Source: Chlorokybus atmophyticus
Lineage: Eukaryota > Plantae > Mesostigma and Chlorokybus algae
DNA length: 64,000 nucleotides
Assembly (NCBI GenBank): GCA_009103225.1
Contig: RHPI01002368.1
Location: 1,060,708-1,124,707, forward strand
Direction of reading: 5' to 3'
Below the pieces are notes generated by a model. It did not search any database. It had not been told where the DNA came from and saw nothing but the letters and a program-made list of their open reading frames with translations. Numbering within the stretch: position 1 is the first letter of the stretch; every line of letters begins with the position of its first letter. The position numbers and the translations under genes were made by a program. Of this stretch, positions 1 to 11,173 are shown piece after piece.

Positions 1-1830
1 ACAAACTGTCTTCCATATTTGTGTCGTTGAGCATGGCTCGAACACGCTCCAAGAGTGTCCTGTTGAGGCGTTCAGCTGCTCCATTCTGCTGCGGGGTGTA
101 GGGTGCCGTTGTCTCGTGGCGTATGCCCTTGCTGGCGAAGAACTCCTTCAACTCCTTGTTGATGTACTCCCCTCCTCGATCACTCCTCATTGCCTTCATC
201 TTGTTGCCAGACTGCGTCTCCAACAAGGCCACGACTGTGCGCACAGCTCCAGCAACTTCTGACTTGAGCGTCAATGGAAAGATGATGGATAGCTTGCTGT
301 AGTCGTCGAGGAATGTAGCAAAGTACCTGGCCCCTCCCTTCGACACAATGCACATAGGGCCACAGACATCCATGTGCACAAGCTCGCAAGGATGCTGACT
401 GCTAGAAGAGGATGATGGGAATGGCATAGCATGCTGCTTTGCAACCAGGCATGGTTCACAAAGTGCACCCGATGCATTCTTGAGTTCTTCTGTGCTGAGA
501 TGGATGCCCTTGACCATTTTAGCGACAAGGCGAGTGAGGTTGACGTAGCTGAGATGCCCGAACCTCTGATGCCACAATGTTGGCGACTCCTTGTCCTTCA
601 CCATTATGGCTTGAATGTCAATGTCCTGAGGGTGCTGCTCCACGTGGTAGAGCCCTCCCGGATCAGCGATTCCAACCCAGTGCACGACCCCATGAAGGAT
701 GACTGTGCAGCCACCCTTCCGAAATAGGATCTCCGCGCCTAAACGCTCCGCAACCCTCACAGAGAATAAGTCCGCAATAGCCTTAGGAACATGCAGGACG
801 TTGCGTAACAACACCTCGCGTAGTGTGTTACCAACCTTGCACTGGAGTCGTACGTTGCCAACTCCCTCAGCCACCAGTATTCGCCACTGAAGCCCGCCAC
901 CTTGATTGTGGACGTCAGCTTTCTGTAGCCCTCCATCACCTCCTTGTTTGGTGTGAGATGACGATTGCAGCCAGAGTCCACCGTACAGAAAGCTGTGCCC
1001 GCCCTCGAACTGGATGCAGTGAAGGCGACTTGTTTCTCCTTGTGTTGGTGCTCGTTGCCGCTGTTGCTGGTGCTTGCTCTAGGTTGCCCCTGTTGTTTCT
1101 TCCTACAATTCTTCACAATGTGCCCCTTCGAACCACACCAGTGGCATGTGAGGTCTTTGTGACGAGGATTGCCCGGCTTGTTGCCCTTGTTCTTCTCTTC
1201 ATGGTTGCTCTTCTTCCCGTTCTTGTTGGTGTAGAAGGCCACGGCATCAGCTTGCTCGTCCTTCTTCATCACCTTCTGCTCCACGGTGAGCAGTTTCGGT
1301 AGTACATCGTCCAGCGTCAGCTCTAATGACGATGTCTCTAGCAGTGTTGCAACGACCTCGTACTCTGCTGGTAGCCCTGCAACAACAGCCAGCACAACCT
1401 CCGTCTCCCCCATATTATGGCCGACGTTGATGAGGTCCGCCCACAGCTCTCTCGCGCGCGCAACATACTTTGTGATGGGTTCTGCTGCCTCCTTCCTGAG
1501 TGCGCTCAGCTGCTTGCGTAGCTGCAATTTTCTGGCGTTGTTCTTGGCTCTGAAAACGGCTGATAGCTTGTCCCAAGCTTGTCTACCATCTTCACATGCA
1601 GTGAGCATGGAAAAGTGATGCGGTTTGTAATTCAACACAAGCAAAGAGTGTGCTTTTGCTGAATGCTCTAACCACACAGTGTTTGCTCCTGGTATTGGTG
1701 GTGGTGCCTTCGGGTCAACATACTTCCACACCTTCTTATGGATGAGCAAGGCCTTCATCTCCACGCACCATGTGTTGTAGTTGACGGTGTCCAGCTTTGC
1801 AATCTGCCCCTTGTCGTAGGTCGCCTCCAT
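1..1830 (-). pseudogene. Copia gag-pol (gag, CCHC knuckle, protease, GAG-pre-integrase, integrase start), frameshifted
   Basis: ORF 757-1851: KLDTVNYNTWCVEMKALL, CHWCGSKGHIVKNC knuckle, VDSGCNRH protease motif. Integrase-type sequence (WHQRFGH, TAPYTPQQNG) continues in shifted frames to base 1. Confidence 0.92.
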
Positions 1831-2179
1831 CTTTGTCGTGCCTGCCTTCACTTGCAGTTGACACCCAAGGCTCTGCTACCAACAAGCTACCGTAGTGTAA
1901 AACTACTATGCACACAAGGTAGTCTCACACTTCTCAAGCGTAGTGTGGGCCCATAACCTATTGAAGGACTAGCATGCACATGTAGCTGAGGCAAGCATGG
2001 ATACACACGGACAGAGCTACCGCCACCATAGCATACACAAGTCACATCACATTCATCTATTACAAGTTGTCCGCTGGTTCTTATACCAGCCAGTTACACA
2101 CACGTCTACGTTTGCAAGCACTGCGTAAGCTATACTTAGCCTTTTGACGCGCTCTAAGCTGTGTTGTCTTCCTTCCAAC
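1..2179 (-). mobile_element. Ty1/copia LTR retrotransposon family A, partial copy (runs off the window start; 5' LTR truncated)
   Basis: Reverse complement closely matches the complete copy at 50128-55092. PBS GGTTATGGGCCC at 1947-1958 (minus). LTR sequence 1959-2179 stops abruptly about halfway through. Confidence 0.95.
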
Positions 2180-2719
2180 GTCAGTCAATCGTGAACTTGA
2201 TGCCGTCCATGCTTGTGACCTTCGTTGCCTCTTGCAACCTACCCACCAAGCAAGCACCTACTCACACGATAACAACTCACTACACCCTACACAAGCATGT
2301 AAGGGTCCATAACCTGTTGAGATGCGTTAACAAACCTACACATGCACATGTGTGCACGCCACCCAACACCAACGCCAAGAGGCTGCAACAACAAGACTAA
2401 GACTAAGACCATCTATTGCCATCATGTCCGCGGGTTTTATACCCGCCAGGAATACACCTGTCTACTCTAGAAGCCACCACGTTCGTTACACTTATTTGAA
2501 TGATGCGTTCAAAGAAGCATCTTGTAGCTACTTTTAAGGGCTATCTACTGAGCTCTGAACGCCCAAATCGGTGCAGTAACCACCGAGTTATGACGATTCT
2601 CGTGCAGGATTGGAAGTCGCCAGACTCCGGACTTGAGTCCTCGCATAGAGCCTTCTCACGGCCATTCCTATTCAGAGGGCAAGCTGACCGTTCGCCTGGA
2701 TGTAGGAATATCTTCAACA
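2180..2719 (-). mobile_element. 5' end of a second copia family (B): LTR 2315-2719, PBS 2303-2314, leader, truncated near the gag start
   Basis: TGTTG...CAACA termini. The LTR matches the solo LTR at 23171-23613. PBS GGTTATGGACCC directly follows the LTR on the minus strand. The internal part ends near ATGGACGGCATCAAGTTC (MDGIKF), where it joins the family A LTR. Confidence 0.85.
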
Positions 2720-3595
2720 TACCTATCGTAGTGGCTTGTTTACTTACAGTGCCACCCTCTTTGCTCAAGTGAGTGCGACGCATTCTGCATCAAATAGTGT
2801 AGTCTGTATCTTTGGATACATCCCGGTGCATTCGTTATGACTGTCATCACATAGTGCGCACACAAGCACTAGTGTGGTGAGTGGTAGCAGCATCAAAACA
2901 GATAGTAGAGCACAAACACTCTACCCTGCATACACTTTCACCTGTGGACTAGTTGTACGAGCAAAACCACCCCGTTCTCTCCAATAGACAAGGGTGACCT
3001 CGACAGCTGGAGCACAACCTCCAATCTTACCTACGAGCGGACCAGCGACGGGAGCAGCGATTGCAGCAGCAGCAGAGGCTCGCATTCTGTATGCACCTTC
3101 ACTCCGTTTTGGTCGACTCCTCGCCATCGAGCTTCCCCACTATCCCCACTATCATCTGACATGGATGACTACGAGATGGAGTCTTCCAGCTCAACCACAT
3201 CCCTGCGTTTCTCCAGATGTGCTGGCACCACCTCTCTGAACGAATTCATCGTCAAGTTCCATTCCAAGATGCGACAGCAAGCTCTTAAGAACAAAGACTG
3301 GTCAGAGGCGATTTTTTTCCACATTGTTGCTCAATATGTAGACCATGAAGCACGCGATGTCTGGAAGTCTGCTACTGAACTGCATCAAGCTAATGGCTAT
3401 GACGAGCTTGCCAGCACCATAGCATCTTCATCATTGCGCAGTCTAGCAGCCGTCGTTTCGCCTGCCACTCCAGCTGCAGTCACCGGCTTGTCCATAGCTA
3501 CAGCCATCGAGAGGGCAAAGGAGGAGGAGCCTGAGTTGGTGATCGTCAACCTGGCCTCTGCAGAGATTGAGATCAAGACGGCCGCGCGACGGGCC

Positions 3596-4004
3596 TGTTG
3601 AGAAGCAAGCATGCAAGTGAAGAGGGCAAGCAATGACACACAGGAGAAGGCAACACACTTCCCATTTCCCATTTGATTACCAACAGACCGCGGGGTTACA
3701 TACCCGCCAGTCAGTACACAGCTTGTACACACTGCTGGTCTACACGCAACAGCGTCCAATATACTGAACTGTATCCTACGCTGTAAGATGTGCCACGTAG
3801 CTAACTTGATCAGCTTTGTAGCAAGCTATGCCACGTCCTATAAGACTGAGTATCCTAGGAGATATAACGATTCTCCTAGGACCCTTCTCTGCAGTCCGCG
3901 CCAGGACGTTCATGTCCGGAGTCTTCGAGGTCCTCCCATCGAGGTCCCTTCTCTTCTCTCTTGTATGCAGGGCAGGCTGACCGGATGTAGGAATATCTTC
4001 AACA
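3596..4004 (-). mobile_element. Solo copia LTR (family C), TSD GGGCC
   Basis: TGTTG...CAACA ends with GGGCC at 3591-3595 and 4005-4009. The 5' end TGTTGAAGATATTCCTACATCCGGTCAGC is shared with LTR families A and B. Confidence 0.92.
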
Positions 4005-4794
4005 GGGCCCGAATCCTGGATCTTTCTGCTGCCAGCCTTGAGGAACAACGAACTGCAGCCGCTGAGGTGGGCACGCCCCTACCTATGGCAACACCTGGCT
4101 CTCGTGCGGGAGGCAGTGCTTTCACCCTTGGGTCAGTTGCACTGCCCGCACCAGCCATCATTGTAGGTGCTGCCATCTCTGACTCTCCACTCAAAGATCT
4201 ATACGCTGCACTTCAGCGCACCTTCCCACCGCAGACCACTAGTAAAGTGGAGGAGTTGAGGCGGTTCCGGCGCAAGCCCAATGAGGACCCCCTACGCCTG
4301 TACTCCGAGTTGTAAGGGCTGTTGAAGGACACTGACTACAAGATCGTCAACGATGAGGCGGCCGCAGTGGAATATGTCAATGAGTTTGATGCCACCATGA
4401 GCGAGTCGACGCGCCTGACCCTGAACTACAGCAGGCCCCTTGGCTACACGCTCAAGGAAGCTTTTGAAACTGCACAAGCCATCCCTAAGCGCTTGGTGTA
4501 TGAGAAGGCAGTGCTGGATACCAACCGCAGCGCCTCACGGCCTGTAGCCAGCACGACTGTCGAGCCTCCGCGCCGCGAACGTGGCCGCGACGCTCCACCA
4601 GCACGCGACAAAGGGAAACAGTCAGCGCATACTGCTCTGTCTGCCCATGTGCTGTGTCATCGCTGTGGACGGCATGGGCACTACCAAAAGGAGTGCACCA
4701 AAGAGTACTCAACTCTGGCCTGCGACTACTGTCACAAGACAGGCCACTTGGAGTCCGTCTGCTGGCTGAAGTTCCCTGAGTTGAGACCCGTCAA

Positions 4795-4965
4795 CAACTA
4801 CAACAGCAACAACACTGGAGGCCACAACGGTAACAACTCTGGTGGTTACAACGGCAACAACCTTGGTGGCTACAACAGCAACAACACTGGAGGCCACAAC
4901 GGCAACAACGCTGGTGGCTACAACAACAATTACACCGGAGGCCATAACAGAACCAACAACTACGC
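4795..4965 (+). repeat. Coding 24-bp (8-aa) imperfect repeat, (GG[YH]N[SG]NN[TSLA])n
   Basis: NNYNSNNTGGHNGNNSGGYNGNNLGGYNSNNTGGHNGNNAGGYNNNYTGGHN in ORF 4322-5392. Confidence 0.9.
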
Positions 4966-7900
4966 CAACGCTCGCAAGGAAGAGCAAGGCTACAGGGGGA
5001 AGAATCGCCCTCCTCAGCGCAAGGGACTGGAAGGACGTCCGCGCGCTGCTGCTGTTGCCGCTAAGGCTCGAGCCAAACCGCCAGCTGATGACCATATGGC
5101 TGCCCTCATGGCACGTATGGCATGCTTGGAGGAAGACAAGGAGCAGGACTACCGCGCCTGTTACTCTGCCCGGTGGGCACTAATGGCTCCAAAGCGCACG
5201 AGAGACACCAGCACTCCGTCGCGTATTCAACCATCCCGGCGAGTTCGAGGGGAAGCCGCAACATCGTCAGTAGCCACCTCCTCTGAAGCCACCAGTGGCA
5301 CTACACCAGCCGCAACGGTCACACCGGCTACGACGTCAACTCCGTCAATGTCAATACAACTATTTGAGTTGCACCAGGTATTGGTACGTTAGTGGGCACC
5401 ATGACGCCAACATCGGTGAGCACAATGGCGACAGCCACTGCTGTCACCGACTCTGCAGCAGTTGATCGCACCGGTCTCACTCCAGCTGCAGGAGCACCTG
5501 TGTCAGCGAGTGTTGAGACCACTCTCACACCACTGCCCGGCACTATCGCAACCACTGCCAGTGCCATCGTCGAGTCCGCTGCCATTGCAACGACGCGCGC
5601 AGCTACGATGCCCGCCCTCGACGCCACTCAGGCTGTCTCGCAAGCTCAGCAAGCTGAGCGCGCGTGGGAGACCATCATGCGTGGAGTAGATCCCACTACC
5701 ATTGCTTTTTGGCGAGGAGGAGAGCGCACCACGCGCGTTGAACGCAATGATTGCGTTTTCCCCCTGCCTGAATATCACACCCTGGAAGAGCAGCCCCAGC
5801 GGCAAGTGGAGGATGAAATCCTCACCGGCACGGCACGCCTCAAAGGCGAGACCGCGTCCTTGTGGTTAAAACATCTGTTGTGCTGGTGTTGGCCTTGCAG
5901 CTGTTTTGGACTCCACATGACAACATGCAGACCGCGCCACGCCAGCCCGCACAAGTCCATCACGAGCCTTTTGAGCCAAGTCCGCTGGACACGCATTGAG
6001 ATTGGCAACCCAGCATGCAGCAGCACATTAGTGATGCCGCTGACATGCCTTTGGGTACCGATGAAGCATCGAGGACCCTCACTAATCCTCGGCTTCAAGA
6101 GCGCTACGCCGCTCTGGAACAAGCGTTCACCTGGCGGCAAGACCAAAACGCCATCAATGCACGAGCGCAAGCCCTTACCCCTGCCCGTGCTTCCGTTCCT
6201 CAATCAACAATAGCTGGTCCATTGTCCAGCATCACACCTCTTACCGTCGAGACCAACATTGACCAGGCGAGGGCGCTGGCCCAACAAACCATGGGGTGGA
6301 TTGCCCCGCTGCTACCCGCCTTGGTGGAAGATTTGCCTGACGAATAACGAGATCCAGGGAGAGGCTATCTTACAGCACAAAGGTATACGCAACGGGATGG
6401 AGCAGGCCTAGTTGGAGAACGGCAAGTTTGCATTGCCCTGTTGCAACAAGCAACCAAGCTACATCAACAAGAAGGCATTGGCCTGAAACAGATGATGAGA
6501 ATGCGAGAAGGTGGCAATGTAGCGCCAGCGAGATTAGTGATTTGGCTTGTCACCAATCACCCCGCAGTCCCTTTGTTCGCATTTGGCACCAGATTGTCAT
6601 GGCTGGACGCTTTCCTTCGCTTGCTATGGCAAGCCTATGACGAGGTGGCCTCGGCAGCCAACAATACTTTAGAAGGAGCTCATGGCGCCATACTGAGGTT
6701 GCATGGAGTGTAAACAGCGCAACAACGCATACGCATTGCAGCTGCTTATAAACAGCATGTCCCACAGCCAGAGATCTACCTCACTGTGCGTGCACGAGCA
6801 ACAACGGAGCTTGAAGTGGGGGTGGTCAATGGCAGATGGGATGCCTACATGCTAGGGATCCTAAGGGTTCCCACCATCACCCACGACACAAGAGCGCGGC
6901 TCCTGCGCGCACTGTATCTTCAGCCCATGCCTCAGAACCATTGCTGGAGGTGATGGTGTCAACAATCCAACAGCCACATGGGAAGGTACACTAGTCAGGG
7001 GAGCGGCTCATGCTGTACGCTGGACATCATGTCACCGGTAGAAATGACCCCCCAACAGTTCGGCCTTGCCCTCAACTTAAATGGAGATCTAGCTATAACT
7101 TATCTTGGGATCCGCATGTAAGCAACGTATTGGATTTTGCATTTTTTCCTGCTGCAGCCACAACTTAGTTTAATATTTAGCTGCCATTAAGGTTAAGTAG
7201 TTGGTGTGCATTAAGTTCGGTATCCGTCTTTTCTTGAACTTAATAATACCCACATCCTGTACTATTTTTCGGTTAAAACAAGTATTAAGGGGATCAGATT
7301 TGATGCGTGATTTAACCAAAAATGTCGCAACGCAGCGGGGTTTGCGATTACATCGACAGGATTTGAACTTGTGCGGATGAAGCCTGTCGAGTTAACAAGA
7401 CGCGACCTATGACCTAACCACCTACCTACTAGTCTACAATGACACAAGACATTTAATATTGCGTTTGCTACTTAAAAAAGTGTGGTCAAGATCAGACTCT
7501 TTGGAAGAGGCGGGACACATAGACAAACACTATTCGAATACGCGGCCTTGTGGATTTGTATCGTGAGAAGGCGGACCGTGATGACAATGCGGGTTAGAGC
7601 AAGCGTCCGCACTTCAAGTAGCACACGGAGGTGTTGAGCGGCAAATTGAAGGTGGTGTGCAAGGCAACACATTCAGCTCAGTCTGGAAGCTCACAAAACC
7701 ATGCGGAGCTGGCGCGTGCCACAAGGTGTCCGCACTCGTCGCACTAGTCGTGGAGAACGCAGCGCTAGCGGGGCTGCACACATAGCCGGCAAGAGAAAGG
7801 TTGTTTGTCATGAAGGATGATGAGGATGGAGGTGTGTACGCGTACTTGTTGTATAGCGCGGTATTGTACAATGTGCGACCCCGTGATGGCTACGGCAACT

Positions 7901-8504
7901 ACTAGCCTATAGTGCATGGAAGGCGCACGCTCTATCAGCATCCACAACGGCGGTCTCTCCTTTAATACGAGGCAACGGGGTCCACATTGCAGCTTCGGAG
8001 GTTTGCAAAAGTGCTGGGGGTCATGAGGAACTATTTATACCAGTTGATGTGCGTCGCCACACGGTATCGGCACATTCGACGGTGATGGTGGGAGGCCCTG
8101 CGCCTGTCACACCTATAGGGCATGGCGTCTCACTCTTAAGTACTTACTTATAGTAGTAAGTCATGCTGTGTGTGAATTCCGCTTCATGTGTAGTGCTTGT
8201 GAGGTGTGCTGATGCACAGTGTCGGGCCTTGCGAACTTATGTGCTCCTCCGAGTCGATCCCAACTATATTGCCTAATGAGAACTTACGACAGTCTTTTTT
8301 CTAATGTATCTTATTTACTTGTGACAATCACATGAAGGTCTGCAATTCAATCGGCACAGTGCTGAAGGCACTGCATACCTCCTGCATGTACATGCTTGTG
8401 TATGGGGAACACGAGTTATGACATGAACAACACATGAATCACCCAGATGATGTGCACACTTGTGCATGCTGACTACTTCAACAAGACACCCTTTCTATGA
8501 ACTT

Positions 8505-9720
8505 GGAGAGTCCCTGTTCTTGTGAGCAGTCTTCAACGGGAGTGAGAAAGACCGTTGATACGCTTGCGGCAGCCCTCACACCGGTAGCCCTCAAATGACA
8601 CTGTCTCCGTTGGAGGGTCGAGACAGTAGTAGTGCATGCCCACCGCTGTTGCAACCATGGCACAGCTTTATGAGTGCGTCGTCATCGGCGCTGCCACACC
8701 TCTCACACTGCTTACTGCGGCTGGGGCGCGGATGGCGTATCACAATGACGCCGAAGCTCGCAACATGCGGCAAGTAACATGGAGCGCGGTTTTTTATATA
8801 ATGTTCTTAGTACGCTCGCCGTCGTTGCCAGTCAAGTCCAGCACTTGTGAACACCTTCAGCACCTTGTAGATGACTCGCTTGACGCTGATCATTGTTATG
8901 ATGTCAAGGGCGTCGTGGGTCTGGGGGTCATGCAATAAACGTCTATTGCATGACCCTCTAAACGTAGTCGCCTGCTTTGAAGGGATGCTTGCGCTGCTTG
9001 TAGACATATACGGAATGTAGAATCCACCACGTATGCGCTCGTAGCTCAGTGTGTTGCGGTGTTGGGTAATGCACAAGTTGCTCATAATCATAGAAATGGC
9101 GTGCGCGAACAAGTATGCGCGCTGTTGCACATCATGCAGCATCGCCACAGGGTTGTTTACATTATCCAACACGCCGCTGCGCTCCACCTTCTTTTGTGCG
9201 TAGAAGGAAAGGAATGGCTCACGGTGGAACAGCAATTGCAGGGCCTGTACATGCGCAACAAGGCCTTGCCATTACATGCAGCCCATCTCGTAGCATTGCG
9301 CATATACAATCCACATTTTAGTGGTGCTACAAGATGATCGGTGGCTTGTGTTAATATGGATTGTATGTAAGCACTGCTATTGAACAACACCATGACATGA
9401 TTGCCGTAATCGCAATATAAAACAATGCGCCGCTCATACATAATACGTTTATATATGAACTACAATTGCAACCCCGATGACCATGCCCACATGGCTTGCA
9501 CCCTGCAAGATCGATTTTTCATCCAATGATATCATTAGATGATTCGCATAGCTGCATGACGCAATCATGCGCACGTGGTGGTCACGAGTGATGAGCAGCG
9601 GACGTCCCACATCTGCGTAACGGCTATATATAACCATATCATCCACTTGGTTATCGGCATCAACACTCCACATTGCACTCAAGGCCACGCCATAACATAA
9701 CATATATTAAAGACGTATTC
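8505..9720 (-). pseudogene. Degenerate gene with a Ulp1/C48-like protease region and a C-terminal PHD finger
   Basis: PHD: CERCGSADDDALIKLCHGCNSGGH then, after a 1-nt shift, YYCLDPPTETVSFEGYRCEGC (8540-8715). Upstream, H-C-F-I-L/CDYGNHVMVLFNS...CGLYM resembles the Ulp1 His/Asp/Cys motifs. PHD call is strong; Ulp1 call is weaker. Confidence 0.6.
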
Positions 9721-11006
9721 GACATTGGCTGTTTAACCCATCTCGATAAGTCTCATATAGCGTCAAAGACACTCACAAAAAGGCTATGTCAAGAAGCTGA
9801 TAGAGCATTGCTTTAGCAAATGCGAGTCTTATACACATCGTACTCACATCTAATGTATGCATTGTACCNNNNNNNNNNNNNNNNNNNTCCCCCCCCCCCC
9901 CCCCCCTCCCCGCAAATATCAATCTACCGTAGTGGGGCTTTATTGGTTAAAGGGATTGTATTGTAACGATACCGTATTACTTTTGGGAATGTGCAATACA
10001 CATCAAGCATTGCAAAGGTAGAGTGAGAGCTGAGTTGTACCACAGCAACTACTTGCTTAGGCAAGTCGCTGGTGCGTGCGCTTGCTAGATTTGGGATCAG
10101 TGGGCTAAAAGGCCGGCACAGTCTTAGAATGAGACGCGACGCGTGCTTGCTTGGCAACGTGCGCCTTGCTCGGTTGTCGGTAGGCGAGACTCAGGCCTAT
10201 GTTGCGCGGTGCTTTTATCCATAGATAGGTGTAGGCTACACCTAACGCAGTTCAGCATACGCAGCTGGAGGCGACGGTCCCAACCCACTTGCAACGGCCA
10301 CCTTGTAATCTAAAGCGTTGCCAGTGTATCTGCATCGCTTCTGTCGTGATATCTCTCAGTCGGTTGTGTCCCTCCGCACGCAGACTTTCTTCCAATTGAC
10401 TTAAGGCAGCATGGCAGGCTACAAGCCTGCCAGGGGCGCAGGGCCCACCGCTTTACCGTTCGATTCGCATCTGCTAGCGGCATAGAAGTTTGTATCGCAG
10501 CGTAGTAAATAACTTCACGGCTCTATCTTCGCGTCGACATGCTCCGGTTCTGTGAAGTCCCGTCGAGTAGGCTTAGCGTAAGCTTAGCGGTTGCGAGTGG
10601 CGACACCAAGCAGGCGACTGCGGGCAAAGCTTGCCGGTAATGTTGTTTGTTCATTACCGGGCGCAGATGAGCTGGCGGCGGCAGCTCAGCCTCAGCGTGG
10701 CAGGCGGTAATGCTCGCCGCAGCACACAGACACGTATGCACGGCATACTGTCGTGCTAGCTAGTCTTAGCTCTTGGTATGCAGCACGTGCAAGGCGGCTG
10801 TTTAGGCCTAGGTCTGCCTTGGTTGCATGCACGCCTTGCTGCTTTGCGCACGTGTATGGCTGTGCGGGGCCTCCATTGTAGCTATATTGTAGCTATAGGA
10901 GTGAAAGCTTGCCGCAGCTCCACGCCGAGCAACACACGGACGCACGTGTTTCATGGCGTGCTGTCGAGCGGTTTTGAGAACCAGGCGGAGTAGCTCAGGC
11001 CAAGGG

Positions 11007-11013
11007 TATAAAA
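11007..11013 (+). promoter_or_regulatory. Probable TATA box of the host gene
   Basis: GGGTATAAAAGC lies just upstream of a GT-AG 5'-UTR intron (11057-11155) and the ATG at 11174. Confidence 0.6.
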
Positions 11014-11173
11014 GCACTGCCGGCGCAACGCCCTTCTTCATACAGCCGCGGGACAGGTAACGCAGCTGCTTGACGCCATTGCATGCCTGCCTGCCTGCCT
11101 ACTTGCTCTTGCGTGTCGTGGACCATCAACCCTTGCTTCTGTTGCGTACTTGCAGGCCTGGGCGGCCGTCACG

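Larger units (their letters stand above)
3161..5392 (+). pseudogene. Gag-like protein with two CCHC zinc knuckles and an N/G/Y-rich repeat, split by a solo LTR and one stop
   Basis: Removing 3596-4004 plus one TSD rejoins ...KTAARRA/RILDLSAA... in frame. In-frame TAA at 4313. Knuckles CHRCGRHGHYQKEC and CDYCHKTGHLESVC. Confidence 0.8.
2730..7100 (+). mobile_element. Orphan gag-like retroelement copy 1 (no RT or integrase recognised; boundaries approximate)
   Basis: Leader, gag and post-gag sequences are homologous to pieces at 21885-22700, 25408-26142 and 45927-46411. A degenerate second ORF occupies about 5400-7100. Confidence 0.6.

Noticed and set aside
7480-8100. Possible TET/JBP-like fragment (HID...GG...IVHG)
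   Set aside because: The motifs are short, split by stops and in different frames; not enough support without a profile search.
8636-8938. Plus-strand YHND...T..V.Y motif suggesting a 2OG-Fe(II) dioxygenase
   Set aside because: It overlaps the much better supported minus-strand PHD gene and lacks the distal His/Arg motifs; likely chance.
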